63,520 nucleotides of DNA from positions 148,720,709 through 148,784,228 of the forward strand of contig NC_068983.1 of assembly GCF_001194135.2 (NCBI RefSeq). Reading direction: 5' to 3'. Position numbers and translations under genes: made by a program. The number at the start of each line of letters is the position of its first letter. Position 1 is the stretch's first letter. Under the pieces are notes generated by a model that made no database searches, was not told the DNA's origin, and saw nothing but the letters and a program-made list of their open reading frames with translations. The DNA comes from Octopus bimaculoides. Its lineage: Eukaryota. Of this stretch, positions 12,894 to 28,200 are shown piece after piece.

Positions 12894-13744
12894 CAGTGTG
12901 TTCCTGATACATTTGACAGTTTGTGTAAAGGAAAAAGACAACACATTATCTCATTCAAAAGTAAAAGTATTTTAAAAATCAAAGAATATCAACTAGATTG
13001 TAGCTGGGAGATAACAGTTTATTAAAATTAGCCGTCCTCAGCGTCCACCACAGATTCAAGACAGCTCCAGAACCTGGGACATGCATTCCTTATTGTGTTC
13101 TTGGAAAGATCTTAAACACCTCCTTGATCTAGGCCATCAGTTCGGCCTTGGTGCTACAGGCAGAGCGATTAGTGCCTTCCTCAGCCGCGCCCCACACATA
13201 ACGATATATGGGATTACAATTGGAGGAATGAAGGATCAAAAAATTGGGAGTGGTAAAGCGATAGAAATTTTCCAACGACCATTTCTAATTCTTTCCAAAA
13301 ATATAGCAAGAAACAGAATCCAGCTGCCACACATCTGGCTCCTTTTCCAGCCATGGTTTGACAATAGTCTCTGGCAGCTTCACTTAGCCGTCTGACTTAA
13401 GTCTAGGGGTTATTAAAATATGTGGAGTGACACGACGTCACCCTCACTATAGATACACCCAAAGATCTGCTGGTCACGGTTTCGCAGTCTCCGTTGCAGC
13501 TGTCTATGTCTCGTCGTACAACCTTTTACACGGAGCATTAGGCAGCATTCTGACACCCGACACGTATATCTTCATAATACAGGTAACTCTATTCTAGTAT
13601 TGAAATGCCTTCTTATCCTCCATGTCAGCTAATTTTTCCTCAGCAACTTTATATGCTCTCCATTTACTGTATACCAATATATCAAACAATTTCTGAAAAA
13701 AAAGTAGGAGTAAAAAATCTTTAAATTCATCTCCGAACACTCTG
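12894..13744 (-). mobile_element. Internally deleted, decayed maT (DD37D) Tc1/mariner-superfamily transposon
   Basis: Minus translation gives VWQLD..(37 aa)..CNPIYRYVWGAAEEGTNRSACSTKAELMA*IKEVF and RFWSCLESVVDAEDG; upstream GCIYSEGDV block. Degenerate TIRs CAGTGTGTTCC (12894, preceded by TA) and GAACACTCTG (to 13744). Confidence 0.8.
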
Positions 13745-15752
13745 CAGAGTGGCTACACAAGAGAAACATAGATGGCAAGTAATTCCCCTGTAGGTCGCGG
13801 AGCTTTTCACATGACGCAAATGAAGCAAATTGATCCCTGTTCATGACAGATAGTTATTCCTCCGAACAAGGAGTAGTGGAAATTAAATTAACTTTTCCCA
13901 AGCGAAATTTTTTAACTCAAAACATAGGGGAATGAAACTAAATCATGTGAACTCTTTAGTCTTACAAACTTGAAGTTGAAATAATTTATAAGGTATGGAT
14001 ACTGCCGATTATACTACATTTCTAGTATGTTACTCAACTTTTAATGATCTCAAATGTATGAAAAATGAAATTGACAGTAGTAGCATTTGAACTCAGAAAG
14101 TAGTTGAACAAAGCTAATTGCGGTAAAGCATTGGGTACGACGCTCCACCGTTTCCTCCAAATCACCAGCTTTGTCGGAGTAATTGCGTTCTGAATATAAA
14201 AGTAATTTGCACTGTCCGAGATGCGCGCAAAACGACAAAGCAGTCCCTAGTTTGTTCTAGCATTGCTGACTAAAAGAGTCCCGTCTGACAGCACTGTCAA
14301 TCTAGTACTGCACTGTCGGGCTAAAGATTTTTGGAAGTTATCCATAATAGTACCCGAAATCTGTCAGTCTCAGTGTGTCTGAGACAAATTCTTCACGAAC
14401 GAAACAGAACTAAATGTGTGAGAGTCCTTCATCTCCTGTGTGCATGTGTGAACTTATGTGTATTATTATAATTATACACATATATTTATAATTATTTCAT
14501 ATATTAAATTACATTATTTTATATATTATATTTCTACATTTTGTTTGTTTTTGTACGCTAATATAGTTCAATATGGTACGTTTTCTAGATTCGTAAATAC
14601 TATTACTAAACATCTGGGAAACTACCGTCACATTAATATATTACATGATTGCTATTTAAATTATTTTGGGGTTGTTAAGACAGAGAGAGATTAACGAACG
14701 AATCGATCCTTTGTTTGTATCATGACATTGGCGTTAACATGTATTTATTGACAAGATAAGAGAAGACCCGTAGCCTTCAATCTGAAGCAAGAAGTTATCG
14801 GTTGTAAGGCTATAAAATTAACTACTGGTCTGATGGCTTGCAATACGAAATTCAGTCCCCCACGGCGGAAAAATAAATCTATCTCTTAGAGATTACTATC
14901 CTATCCGTAGAAACCAGATAAAACTAGCAACCTAGTGAACCAGAATAGTCATTTAGTGGTAATAAGATTTAATCCTGGGCAATTTTTTAAATGATTACTT
15001 TCTGTCGAAGGTAAGAAAATATTAGTTAATTACATACATAATCAATACAAAAACAGATCAATAGATTGATCAGGCTTTTAAAACGATATTTTATTTGCTT
15101 TTTTTAATCTTATTTTACTTATTTTGTTTTTAGCTATAATATAATAAAATTTTCTCTGTTTATTGTGTGTGCGGGTGGGTTAAATGTTTTCATAAATTAT
15201 AAAGTTTTATTGATTCGTTTCTGCTCCAGTAGTATGTCTGTTCAGACATGTTGTAAACACTGACAAGAAGTTATTCATATGATTTAGTTGAGGGGTATTG
15301 CATTGCTTGCTAGCAGACAAGCTAATAAAATAAATGTACCTTACTTAGCAATAAACGAAATAAAATGGAAGAAAAATAAACGGTTTTATTCTACAAACTA
15401 GTTCTTTGATACATTTGGGCTATTTTTTTATATATATATTTTATTTAATGTGGTTGGCCGTGTATGCATTTAAGTATGCATATATGTCTGTAAAATATGT
15501 TTTATCTCTTTATAGAATTTGGTATTGTGTGGTATACGGTGTGTGTTTACATGGGTTTGTAAGTGTTTAGGAATGTATCAACTTGATATATGTATTTGTA
15601 ACACTTTATATACTTTGGTAAGTTAATGTGATTGTATGCGTACTTTTGTGTGTGTAATATGCTTGTAGCTTTTACAAATTTTTTCATGTGTTACTGTAGT
15701 TGCATCTGTGATTATTTCCAGCCCCCTCATGCACACTTAAGAGCAATGGTGT

Positions 15753-15800
<48 letters not shown>

Positions 15801-16216
15801 ACACACACACACATGTATATATGTGAATATGCCTATACATACATACGTACGTACGTATGTATGTATGTCCTATAAATCGATCGAGTTTTCGATCATAAAA
15901 CATTTTTAAATACCGGCTTACTAAGACGGTACTTTGTGTGTGTGTGTCTGTGTGTGTGTGTCTGTGTGTGTGTGTGTGTGTGTGTGAGTGAGTACATCTA
16001 TATTTGTGTGTATATGTAATATACTTACCACACGCTACTGCATTTGATATGTTTAACGCTCACGTGTTTGAGTTGTGTCTATAAATATTATAACTCTTTT
16101 GTCTATTTTGTGTGCTTAATATTCGAGTATTTATAGCACATTTTGTGGGTTAATTTAGTGTGTTAATACAAAGTATATACATACACACACACACACACAC
16201 ACACACNNNNNNNNNN

Positions 16217-16255
<39 letters not shown>

Positions 16256-16331
16256 TACACACACGTTCTTGTGCAAATGAAGTGTAATATCTACTAAGGT
16301 TTGATGTATTCGCTGTCTATTATTGGGACAG

Positions 16332-16619
16332 CAGTTTATGTATTATTATGCACCAGTACCATCCACATAGCAAATCACCCAAAAAGAGGTAGCGCAATAT
16401 TTTTCACCCATTTGTTTGCTTGACTGCTTGCATGAGTACCAGATTTGATATGTAAGAATATATTGAAGAGAATTTCTTATTTATGAGAGGAAGATTTGGC
16501 AAAATAATTATCTTTAGCAAGTTATTTCGATGTCAATAACGCGACCCAGCTATATTCAAAGTGTCAAATACATTGTGAATTGTACGGCTTGGTACTGGTG
16601 CATAATTATACATAAACTG
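16332..16619. mobile_element. ~290-bp MITE with 30-bp TIRs
   Basis: CAGTTTATGTATTATTATGCACCAGTACCA (16332-16361) versus 16590-16619 reverse complement, one mismatch. No clean TSD. Confidence 0.75.
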
Positions 16620-18341
16620 TTAGGTAAAAGAGAAGATTATAACAGCATAAATAGCGACGCATTTTCTTTGAGATAATAATAGTCTCCTGGATGCATGTTA
16701 AGATTGGAATTACTGCAATTCTGTTCAGTCTGAACATTTGAAGACTGATGTCGAATGAAATCGAAGACTGAAATTGAAAGACTGAAACTGAAGACTGATG
16801 TTGAATGATATCGAAAAAAGAACAAAATTCTAGAAAATTGGGATATTATAAAAGGTGAGAAGTAGAAGTGAAGGAAAGACTTGTGATGAGTTCACCAAAT
16901 TGGCTTAGGCAGAGGAAGTAGCATAACCCGAAGGGTGAGAGAGTCACCAAGGAAGAGATAACGTTGCCTATCCTTTTCCAAGCTATAGAAACAGACGGAG
17001 TTGAACATTCTACTTCAAGGTAACAAAATACTGGTCTGTTAACGCTTATTGAGAAAACCACATGACAAAGGCATTCATGTCATGGCCATTCAATCTCCGT
17101 TTTAGATGGTGGCCACATAATTCAATGTGTCCCTTTGCTAAGGAATTTGTATATAATTTAAAAGAAATTAAGTCATTGTTTCTAGTATGTCGTACGACTA
17201 TGTAGAAGCTCCTTCGTTACTTATTGTACTGCTTAAGAAGTTTCTATTTAAATTGAGAAATATAACGCGAAATTGGCAGACATACACCTTATACTAATGT
17301 ACTTTTGTTAATGATAGCTGTAGAGAAACAAACAGTGAAATAGTCATGAACCCAGAGAGAGAGAGAGAGAGAAAGAGAGAGAAAGGGAGAGAGAAAGGGA
17401 GAGAAAGAGAGAATAGGAAAAGAGCTATATTGAAGTAGCAATATACAAGTTATGCGATGCTTCAGCAATATTTTAAGCTGTTTTGTGGCCTAGTGCCAAT
17501 GCCAGATATCAATATATATTTTAAACTGCCTGAAGTGGCCAATATGGCAGGAGAACCTTGAACGCTCAATTAAATGCATTTCTTTATATATATTGCGACA
17601 TCCTTCTCGTTTCAATATAGAACAGTTCAAGTCAAGTAGTGGGGCTGATATAAAGGACAGTTCCATTCCAAAAATATGTGACCTCGTGTCTGTGTTACAA
17701 ATGATTATGAAATTATGCTCATTTTAAGTTAAAACTTCCTGTGGTCAATTCTGCTTTTCATTCCTCGTGCTCCATGTCCGATCGAAGAAGTGGCCTAGTA
17801 TAATGAACTCGAATCCATCAACTTCAACTACATCTCTAGCAAATATAGATTTTTTTTTGCCTTCACCACAAATTACAGAGGATTGATAATGGCTGAGTAC
17901 TTAACAAGTACTTTGTTTTATAAACCTCAGAAGGATTTGAGATCTGAGTTCAGAAATTAATGTGACGCAATAAAAGGAGCCCACACCTGTCATTTTATCC
18001 GACGTTTTACAGAATCCGTCAATCCACCAGAAAATGCTAAATCCAGTACCAAATCAAAATAAATGGAACTTGTATGTCTGTAGAACAATAGGTACTCCCG
18101 ATCGGAGGTATACTTATAGCCTTTATACCAAACAAGCATGAACGTCACGGATTCCCATTCTGCTCTCTCTCTCTCACTATATAAATATATACACATACAT
18201 ACACACACACGCACACACATATACACGCGCGCGCGTATAGAGACATACGTAATAAGGCAAACGTTAACCAATGCTTGAAGCGACTGGGTTTTATCTCAAA
18301 GGTTTTCTGAGCTTTACTTTGTCTATTTCGATTTGAGATTG

Positions 18342-18375
<34 letters not shown>

Positions 18376-18490
18376 CTGTGTTTCTTCTAACAGGAATGCT
18401 TTCTATATAACAGACTATAAATGTCAAACGAAATTTGAATTCGTTGTTAGAATAGAGTATGTCAAGGATTTAAAGGGATTTGGTGGGGGT

Positions 18491-18553
<63 letters not shown>

Positions 18554-18556
18554 AAA

Positions 18557-18616
<60 letters not shown>

Positions 18617-18619
18617 AAA

Positions 18620-18663
<44 letters not shown>

Positions 18664-18694
18664 AAAAAGAAAGAAAGAAAGAAAGAAAGAAAAG

Positions 18695-18725
<31 letters not shown>

Positions 18726-18727
18726 AA
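18491..18727. repeat. (GAAA)n tetranucleotide tract with GAAAAAA interruptions
   Basis: Direct reading; interruptions near 18552, 18615 and 18662. Confidence 0.97.
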
Positions 18728-19596
18728 CAGGATAGAGAATGAAACGAGAAGATGAGCGAAATCAAAACGAACAAGTTGATGACAAGATTGAGGAAACTAG
18801 TCGAAATAAAAATTCATAGCTTCAGTTCACTCACAAACACAGACTTTCATTGACTTTTGTAAGAAATACATCAAACAAGAGAGTGACACTATATTTATTA
18901 TACAACGACTAGCAATGAATCTGATTTATAAAGACAATTGTAAATGTATTGAATCGTGTTCAGACGACACTCAGATAAGATCAGAGGCGGAGAACTACAC
19001 TGATTTGATACGGATCTGAAAGTCATACTTTCGGTGTGTTTTAACAACCCGTTTTCCCTTTTAACATTATTTCCTCATTTCTTATACACACATCACACAC
19101 ACATCACACACACAGACACACACACACACAAATACATATGTTTATATAATGTGCATGTATGCACGCATATATAGTATCGCATAGTATAAATGAATCGGAC
19201 AGACACTCGAAAACAGAGACGTTGTCATGTATATTAGCGAAATAGAAATACTGACATTAATATTTCACACAAACACATGTGTTTCTAATTGCAGCACAAC
19301 ATTAAAACAGACAGGTATTGTTCTAACTATAATGACTTCTAAGTAGACGTAGTAGTTTAAGAAGTTACAGTAGAAGAACACAGAATTGTGGAATTCTTAT
19401 AAATGTCTCTTTTGCAAGTAAAAGAAATAAAACGGGTGTATGTGTGATGCTTTTTGTTGTGTATGAGTGCGTGGATGCGAGAAGGCATAGCGTATGGTTT
19501 GTATGGTACGAGTATGAATGTGATGCTTTGAATGCTGGCTTATGAACTGTGACTCTGTGTATTGTTTTTTGTTGCGTATGTATGCATAGTAGAAGT

Positions 19597-19970
19597 GGAG
19601 GCGCAATGGCCCAGTGGTTAGGGCAGCGGACTCGCGGTCATAGGATCGCGGTTTCGATTCCCAGACCGGGCATTGTGAGTGTTTATTGAGCGAAAACACA
19701 TGAGGCTCCGGCAGGGGATGGTGGCGAACCCTGCTGTACTCTTCCACCACAACTTTCTCTCACTCTTTCTTCCTGTTTCTGTTGTACCTGCATTTCAAAG
19801 GGCCAGCCTTGTCACACTGTGTCACGCTGAATATCCCCAAGAACTACGTTAAGGGTGCACGTGTCTGTGGAGTGTTCAGCCACTTACACGTTAATTTCAC
19901 GAGCAGACTGTTCCGATGATTGGATCAACTGGAACCCTCGACGCCGTAAGCGACGGAGTGCCAACAACAA
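19597..19970 (+). mobile_element. Full-length tRNA-derived SINE (family C; possibly Nin/Deu-domain related)
   Basis: A box TGGCCCAGTGG, B box GGTTTCGATTCC, (CAA)n tail; probable TSD TATGCATAGTAG 19581-19592 / TATGCATCGTAG 19971-19982. The domain assignment is inference from a CACGTTAA-type motif. Confidence 0.85.
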
Positions 19971-21320
19971 TATGCATCGTAGCGAAAGATTGTAAGGTCT
20001 GATGGATGCCTAAGAGTGTAGAAGTTTGTAGCTTCGGTAAATTGCAGGCGGCAGTTCAAAACGAGCTGCTGTTCCCTAAGGAAGCGGTAGATCAGTGTTC
20101 AGAGACAAGTCAGAAACCGATGAGTTTTGGACAGAGTAATAATAGATAGGGTGAAAAACTGAATGACAGGCGACTGGTTGATTTGAATGTTTCGCAGCTA
20201 CTATGCAAACTTGCCCGAAAATCAGCTGTGCGTTTTGTAATCACGTGGTTTAAAACTGGATCGGAACCGCTCCTCTAACGATTATTTTCCATTATAACTC
20301 TCCGGGCTTAAAGCATTGCGAGTGAAATTATCCAGAGCATGTTCTTGTCCTATTTTTGTATTTTTTATATATAAAAATNNNNNNNNNNNNNNNNNNNNNN
20401 NNNNNNNNNNNNNNNNNNNNNNNNNNNNNNNNNNNNNNNNNNNNNNNNNNNNNNNNNNNNNNNNNNNNNNNNNNNNNNNNNNNNNNNNNNNNNNNNNNNN
20501 NNNNNNNNNNNNNNNNNNNNNNNNNNNNNNNNNNNNNNNNNNNNNNNNNNNNNNNNNNNNNNNNNNNNNNNNNNNNNNNNNNNNNNNNNNNNNNNNNNNN
20601 NNNNNNNNNNNNNNNNNNNNNNNNNNNNNNNNNNNNNNNNNNNNNNNNNNNNNNNNNNNNNNNNNNNNNNNNNNNNNNNNNNNNNNNNNNNNNNNNNNNN
20701 NNNNNNNNNNNNNNNNNNNNNNNNNNNNNNNNNNNNNNNNNNNNNNNNNNNNNNNNNNNNNNNNNNNNNNNNNNNNNNNNNNNNNNNNNNNNNNNNNNNN
20801 NNNNNNNNNNNNNNNNNNNNNNNNNNNNNNNNNNNNNNNNNNNNNNNNNNNNNNNNNNNNNNNNNNNNNNNNNNNNNNNNNNNNNNNNNNNNNNNNNNNN
20901 NNNNNNNNNNNNNNNNNNNNNNNNNNNNNNNNNNNNNNNNNNNNNNNNNNNNNNNNNNNNNNNNNNNNNNNNNNNNNNNNNNNNNNNNNNNNNNNNNNNN
21001 NNNNNNNNNNNNNNNNNNNNNNNNNNNNNNNNNNNNNNNNNNNNNNNNNNNNNNNNNNNNNNNNNNNNNNNNNNNNNNNNNNNNNNNNNNNNNNNNNNNN
21101 NNNNNNNNNNNNNNNNNNNNNNNNNNNNNNNNNNNNNNNNNNNNNNNNNNNNNNNNNNNNNNNNNNNNNNNNNNNNNNNNNNNNNNNNNNNNNNNNNNNN
21201 NNNNNNNNNNNNNNNNNNNNNNNNNNNNNNNNNNNNNNNNNNNNNNNNNNNNNNNNNNNNNNNNNNNNNNNNNNNNNNNNNNNNNNNNNNNNNNNNNNNN
21301 NNNNNNNNNNNNNNNNNNNN

Positions 21321-21376
<56 letters not shown>

Positions 21377-21394
21377 TGTGTTTGTGTGTGTGTA

Positions 21395-21680
21395 AGCGCA
21401 TGGCCTAGTGGTTGGTGTGTCGCACACGTTATCTAGTGATCGTGACTTCAATTCCTAGACCGAGTAGTGAGTTGTGTTCTTGAGCAAAACACTTCATCTC
21501 GCGTTGCTATGCGATCACTTCAACACCTGACGCGTGGCACACACTGCACCTATTCAGGCTACGTTGAGAGAGTGAGATAATATGCGGCATGAACATTTTG
21601 ATCATAATAAACAAGTTATTTGAGCAGGTTGTTCGACAAAAAGCTGAACGTCATATGTCGTCTTCGACGGGGGGAGTCCA
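21395..21680 (+). mobile_element. Diverged tRNA-derived SINE
   Basis: TGGCCTAGTGGTT A box, degenerate B box, GTTGTGTTCTTGAGCAAAACACTT block shared with 60479-60845. Confidence 0.7.
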
Positions 21681-21681
21681 T

Positions 21682-21722
<41 letters not shown>

Positions 21723-21737
21723 TTAAATATAAATATA

Positions 21738-21782
<45 letters not shown>

Positions 21783-22838
21783 TGTTGTTATTTTTACCCA
21801 CTTTAAGGAACATAGCTGAATATTTACTAAGCATATGATTCCATACATAAAACCAAATATATTACGAAGGTTCCAATAATTTAATCTTGACAATATATAC
21901 ATATATGTATATATTTGTGTATGTGATGTGCGTGTGTACATACATGCATACCCACATACGTACATTCATATGTATATATAAGTGTGTGTGCATTTTCGTA
22001 CTAAATGGTGTTTATTACAGAATTAAATGTGTGACCAATATTCGACATTTAACAATTAAATTACAGATCGGTATTACACTTGAGCATACATACAAATAAC
22101 TCTATGTGAGCGAATATATTTATACAGATGCCTTTATATAAATGAGTCACGGGCGACGTCATTGGAAAGGCCATAGATATCTAGTGAATGACTGACAATT
22201 CAATTTGTTTAATTAATTACTTAATTAATTAAATTATATATCTATGTGTGGGTAAGTGAAGCTGTGTGTGTGACCTTTCTCAAGACTTTTAATACATATC
22301 TTGGGAGATATCATAGCATAAGAGAAGCGAAAGTATTTCAAATGGAATCGAAAAGTGGTCTGTGATGACAGTTCACCTTTCAACTATTATGATGCATGCT
22401 CTACATTGCTTTTTATCTGGGCAATCCCGTTTAGAGAGAATGGAATATTGAAAGAAAGATTGCGTGTACGTGTAAAAATGTATGTGAGAATGTGTGTGTC
22501 TGTATACTGTACTGGCAGTAGTATGCGGTGTTACAGATAGATAGTAATGTGAAGGCAGAGTATACAGAATCTACACGACGTCAGAGTCCCACAATTGAGC
22601 GTGTATTTGGGTTTTACTGTACCGTGGTTATTTGCACAGATCGACGGTGGACTAAATCAACATCAATACATGACATGGAAGGGAGGACGACAAAGTTTAA
22701 CTTGAAAAAATTTGAACTAAAAACGTAAAAAACTTGCGCAAAAAATGCAAGATACTTTGTCTGATGTTCTAACGATTCTGGCAAATCAGCACCTACGCAT
22801 CCTTCAGAGCTACTGCCATATAATTTTAACTTTATATA

Positions 22839-22905
<67 letters not shown>

Positions 22906-23582
22906 GTATGTATGTATATATGTATATATATGCGTATGTGTGTGTGCGCGCGCGTATGCATATGTATATGAGTATAAAGATATAAATATAAGTATATATC
23001 TATTTAATTTGATACTAAATTGGATTCTTATTTTAAAACATTTAAATTTTAAAGAAGCAAGTTGCTCAAGTTTTGAAAATAAAAACCTACAGTAGGAAGC
23101 AATCATACAAAATATGTTACTTATGAACTGCTGCAGTGATTTGGCAGAAATTTTAGAGCATCGGATAGTACCGAGGTCAGTGTTGCTTTTTGTCCTTCTG
23201 AGTTCGATAAACAAGTACCTACGCAGACGGGAGATTAGCGGAAATGTAAGAACGTTGTATCCCAAGCCTTGTGATGTTTGTTGCTGTTCTAGACGGATAA
23301 CAGTCTTAATCCATTACCCGGTATAACACCATCACCAGGCATCTCGGATGCTTTTAGTGGAGTCCACTTTGTTGTAAGCATTCGGGTCATGTCTTCTAAT
23401 TGAACATGCTTTCCTTCTTGTCACCCACCAGTATCAGAGACTCTGTGAATGATTATAGACACTACTTTCCCTACTGACAACAAAAGAAATACACTGAATA
23501 AGCTACGGGATTGTCTCATCTGAAACGTTTTCGATCGTGGCTGTGCTAGACTAGGTTTGACCAGCGTCTACGCAATAACTTG

Positions 23583-23793
23583 CTAATTTTGGCACAAGGC
23601 TACCAAGGTTTTTATTTTTGTTTTATATCATTATTTTTTAAGGAAGAAGTTGATTACATCGACACCAGTACACAACTAGTATTTATTTTTTTCGATCCCG
23701 AGAGGATGGGAGACAAAAATCGTCTGAGAACGTAGAGAGCCAAAAGAAATAGCTAAGCATTTTCTTCCAAACGATAACGATTCTGCCAGCTTG
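23583..23793 (-). mobile_element. SINE family A, diverged
   Basis: AATTTTGGCACAAGG tail and AACGATTCTGCCAGCT head, both in minus orientation. Confidence 0.75.
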
Positions 23794-24449
23794 ACAACTT
23801 CGCGAGTAAGCAATAAAAGAACCATCAACATCATCGACAAGTATTTATTCAATTAACTATATCAGTCTCGTCATATCGTTATTTGAACCAAGAACTAAAA
23901 GCTGCAAGCTCGAGACGAAATACTGCAAGACATTTTAATCATGAATTCTGCTGTATATGCCAGCTCTATACCCTTACTTATTCTTACATATGATATTCCA
24001 GAAATATGTTTCAATGAACGCTTTATTTAATTTACTTTCTTTTCTCTCTCTGTATATCCTATTTATTTTCCTACTACGTCTTTCCTGTGTTTGTTTGGTT
24101 GTATTTATTTTTCATTGCATTTTTTTATTTTTTTATTCTATCTAATCATGATAAACTAACTGCAGGAATGCAGAGGAAAAATTGATTTGACATTTTTACT
24201 AAAGAACACTTTGGTAACTAAATTTAGGCTGCTGAAGAGAAATAATTTATATCGTTGGTTTATTTATTTATTTATTTATTCAGATGTTATTTCTTTTTAT
24301 ATATTTATTATATTATATTTATCTCAATTTTTTTTTTTTTTACCTAAAAATCGATTTGCAGTGAAGAGGATTTAATGAAATTCTGAAAGATATTTTCGAT
24401 TAAAACTTATATAAAATAACCAAATTTAAATATGAAAATAGAGAAAAAT

Positions 24450-24467
24450 GGTGATGGTGATTATAAC

Positions 24468-24511
<44 letters not shown>

Positions 24512-24512
24512 C

Positions 24513-24543
<31 letters not shown>

Positions 24544-24565
24544 GATGATGATGATGACGATGATG
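24450..24565. repeat. (GAT)n microsatellite
   Basis: Direct reading; source of the poly-His ORF. Confidence 0.95.
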
Positions 24566-25149
24566 CTGGAGATGTCGGGATAAAATGGTAATAATTGCAG
24601 ATTAGAATATAGCGGCGGATTAAATATCTCACAGTCGACTTCGTTTGGTTGATTTTTGTCAGATATGCATTTTTCCATCTGAAAGACAGAAGCTACTGCT
24701 AACCATGATGGCAACGATGACGATGATGACGATAATGTTTATATGGATATTTTATTTAAATCCAATAATTTATACAAGTTCACTTTAACCTTTTCATAAT
24801 AAGAGTCATTTTCCAAATAATTAGTTTCGAATTTATTAGTTGTTAAACTCTAACTGTACTGGATTCATCAACGATAGCGAAGAGCAAGCAAATATATTAT
24901 AGGAAGTGAAACAAAACCCAAAATGATAACTAGATATTGTTGAGGTATTTAACAACACAACTACTACACTGAAGCTTCTGTTTCTATGTAAAATGTAAAA
25001 TACAGATGCAAAGCTAAAGAAACATCCGTCACTTGAACAGTACTTCTGCTGCTTATTCTAACAAAATGATGTCTAATTATCGAAGTAAAGTGAATAGGAC
25101 CATTAATATCTAATAGGTTGGAAATCACACAAGACAACATAAGCTCTTG

Positions 25150-25236
<87 letters not shown>

Positions 25237-28200
25237 TGTGTGTGTATTTCAATAATTTCTTGATTTTGTTCACACCACAAGTTGGCGAATCGACCCTAGT
25301 ATATGATTGTTATTTAATTCCTTACTCCTATAAAAATAGAAAGCAGCTCGAATCCTTGTGAGACTTTCAATCAGAACGTTGAAGAGCAAAACGAAATCCT
25401 CAAAGAGCAGTATTTAATCCAACTAACTTATGCTTTTACCAAACCAATTCCTTCTCTGATCCAACTGGTCCAGCTAAAGAAAATAATGTGAATGACAAGT
25501 ATTGAGGTGGTTGAAATATGCTAAACACATGGTAAAACTGAGAGTAGATATAATATTTAAAAAAAAGTTTGTTCAACACTTTAAATCGAAAATAAGTAAT
25601 CAAAACTGAATGAGGAGAGGAAAAGAGAGAAGAAGGATAGAGTCAGATGCAATGAGAATTTGTATTGAAAGCTGTTGAGACATTGTTATAACATTTATCT
25701 TCACGTCAAGCCTGTTGGGAGAGAACAAGACATTTGTAATACTTTTTTCTTCTTTCTGGGTAGAATTTAATCAAAACAAGAATTATATAAGGAGCTTATG
25801 TATGTGTTTCGGGGATTATGCTTCACACAGCTCTCGGGAGAGAACAAGTCGAATACTGATTATCGGTTGATTCTGTTGAAGGGGAATGTTAATTTAACTA
25901 AAATGATAAGCCGATAGGAATTGGAACTTTTCGAGACTGCATTGCATATCCTCTCATTTTCTTGCTGTATCTTGCTTCTTTTTACTTTTTTTTTAAATAT
26001 GTTAGAAGTGTTGTTCTTGTCTTTGTGTTTTCTGTAGTTGTTTAACCCTTCTGGACAGCACCGATCCAGAAAACTTAAGATAAAAAGTATTTTCAAGCAT
26101 AATCCTAGATAAACCTATATTATCTGTCTGTTTCATTTCTTTAAGACTATGTAATTTGAGAGACTCTGTCCTGCTATTTCATGTAAGTCGAGCAGCTAAT
26201 AACAAGCATGAAAATTCATTATGAGAGAAGTGATTTAGAGTTGAAAACACTTATCAAAATTACAATAATGTAAAAAGAAAATGTCAAATTCGACAAAAGT
26301 TTAATTCAAAAGGTGCAGAGACGAAAGAGAATAATTTTTGAGAAAATACATAGTCGTGTATTTGAGAGAAGTATCAATTGTATAATTGTGACATCCATGA
26401 ACTGCATGTGGTGTAAGATGCAAAATGGAATAACTCCAACCGGGAATTGAAAAAGAGTTGCGTCTGGTAAAGCGTAGCTCACTGCAAACTAATGAAACAC
26501 TTGATCATCTTACAGTACTACAACTACCTACACTGATGCAAATTACCAGCCTACTGCACTAATTTGTTTCCTGTAAAGAGACTTTGTCACAGACCCAACA
26601 CACCTCCGGAGACAAGTTTTGAAAAGTTGAACTATTGGAGCACAGTTAATTAAAATATATACAGCTCTTTATAGATGTGGTGGAAGAATTTATGTTTCAA
26701 GACATCTGTCTTTAAACTGCTGCCGTTTCTTCACCTCAAGACGAAGTCTATTTTGTATAGTAATTTAGTAAGACGTAGAGGGGAAAAGATGAACTGCGAT
26801 GGAAAATAACGCTACAATCCGACGCTTATTCTAAACCGAACCTTGTCGTTCCACTGTTATTATAACTGATTCGCAGCCTGCTTCTTTGAAACTTTCTGGC
26901 TTTATGCCCGCTTATCCTAAATCTCTTGATACTCACGATTTCCCCAATTTTCATAAATTTTATAACTTCTGTTAATGCAAGTGTGTGTTAACGTGTTTTT
27001 AAGTGTGTGCATTCATCTGTGTAAACTCGAGGGTGTGTACTTGCATTCTGCCTAGAAAGGATAAACCTTGCACGAACGTGTGAATTCTAGACATATAGCC
27101 AATCATAGACATTGAAAGATGCGAACACACACATGCTTGCGTGTTCAGATTTGCTTTAAATGGTCAATGTTTGTTTGTTTCTATTTCTATTCATTTAATA
27201 CTTGTTTTTATTACTGTTTAGGTAGCGACGAATAAATCTCAGGACATCAGCAAAGTTTAGAATAATAATGCAAATATCTTGAAGTGTTTAAACACGGATG
27301 ATTTCTAAGCTAACAGAATTCAGTTAATTTTACTTCTTATGCTGATGCTTCATTTATATTTATATTGATATTTGTGTTGTCATTGATGTTGTTAATCTTC
27401 TTTTTCAATATTCGAATTTCAAAGAAGTTTAATCAGTGGGGAGTTTAAACAGAAGAATTAACGAAACAGTATTAATTAGACCTGAAAATATCATCAAATA
27501 TAGAGGAGGAATTTTTAATCGAAAAAACCAACCCATTCTGACGATTCGTTAATAAACACTTCGGTAGTTTCACGAACAAAAAATTCAATAGGAATTGAAA
27601 TGCAATAAATATAAAAATATAAACTATCATATTCAAACCAAGCTGTCGTGTAAAAGCGTCATTCTGTTAACAATCATCATATATGTTAATCTAACTTGAA
27701 AGAGATTCAACACTATAAAAATTAAATGTATTATAATAATCATGTAATCACGTGTCTAACCAAAGTTTCGTACCTCATCTCCTCTTCCGGGAAAATTATT
27801 TTATTCTTCCAAACTAAATTTAAACGCACTTTAGCTCGCAGTAGTCATTTCCCCTCCACGCCATTTTGAAATTGTTTTTCGATAATTACAAGAAAATTTC
27901 ATTTCAGAAAATTCGAACGCAAATGCAAAAAATAGACACAATCAGTGTCTAAAAAAGAATAAATAAATAAATATATAAAGGACCATATAAAAGATCACAA
28001 GATAGTCATTATTTCTAATTTGTTGTTATGATCGTCAAAATGGAAGAAATAAAGGCAAAAGCAAGTTCCCTTTTTAAGTAATCTCCTAAACATTGGAAAA
28101 CTGAAGCAAGTACCTAATGCAAAACAAATATTATTTCTGTCTATAATCTCTGTACACATCCTTGGCCATCGAACTATACGTGACTTCTCAGAAGAAGGGG

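Noticed and set aside
16739-16813. CTGAAGA..GAAA within GAAGACTGA short repeats
   Set aside because: No stem III or UH; it is a short degenerate tandem repeat.
19597-19670. tRNA genes at SINE heads (also 21395, 60479, 49350-49420)
   Set aside because: A and B boxes are present, but there is no closed cloverleaf, and they continue into SINE bodies.
24400-24714. His-rich minus-strand ORF
   Set aside because: The poly-His comes from (GAT)n; the remainder has no recognisable domain.
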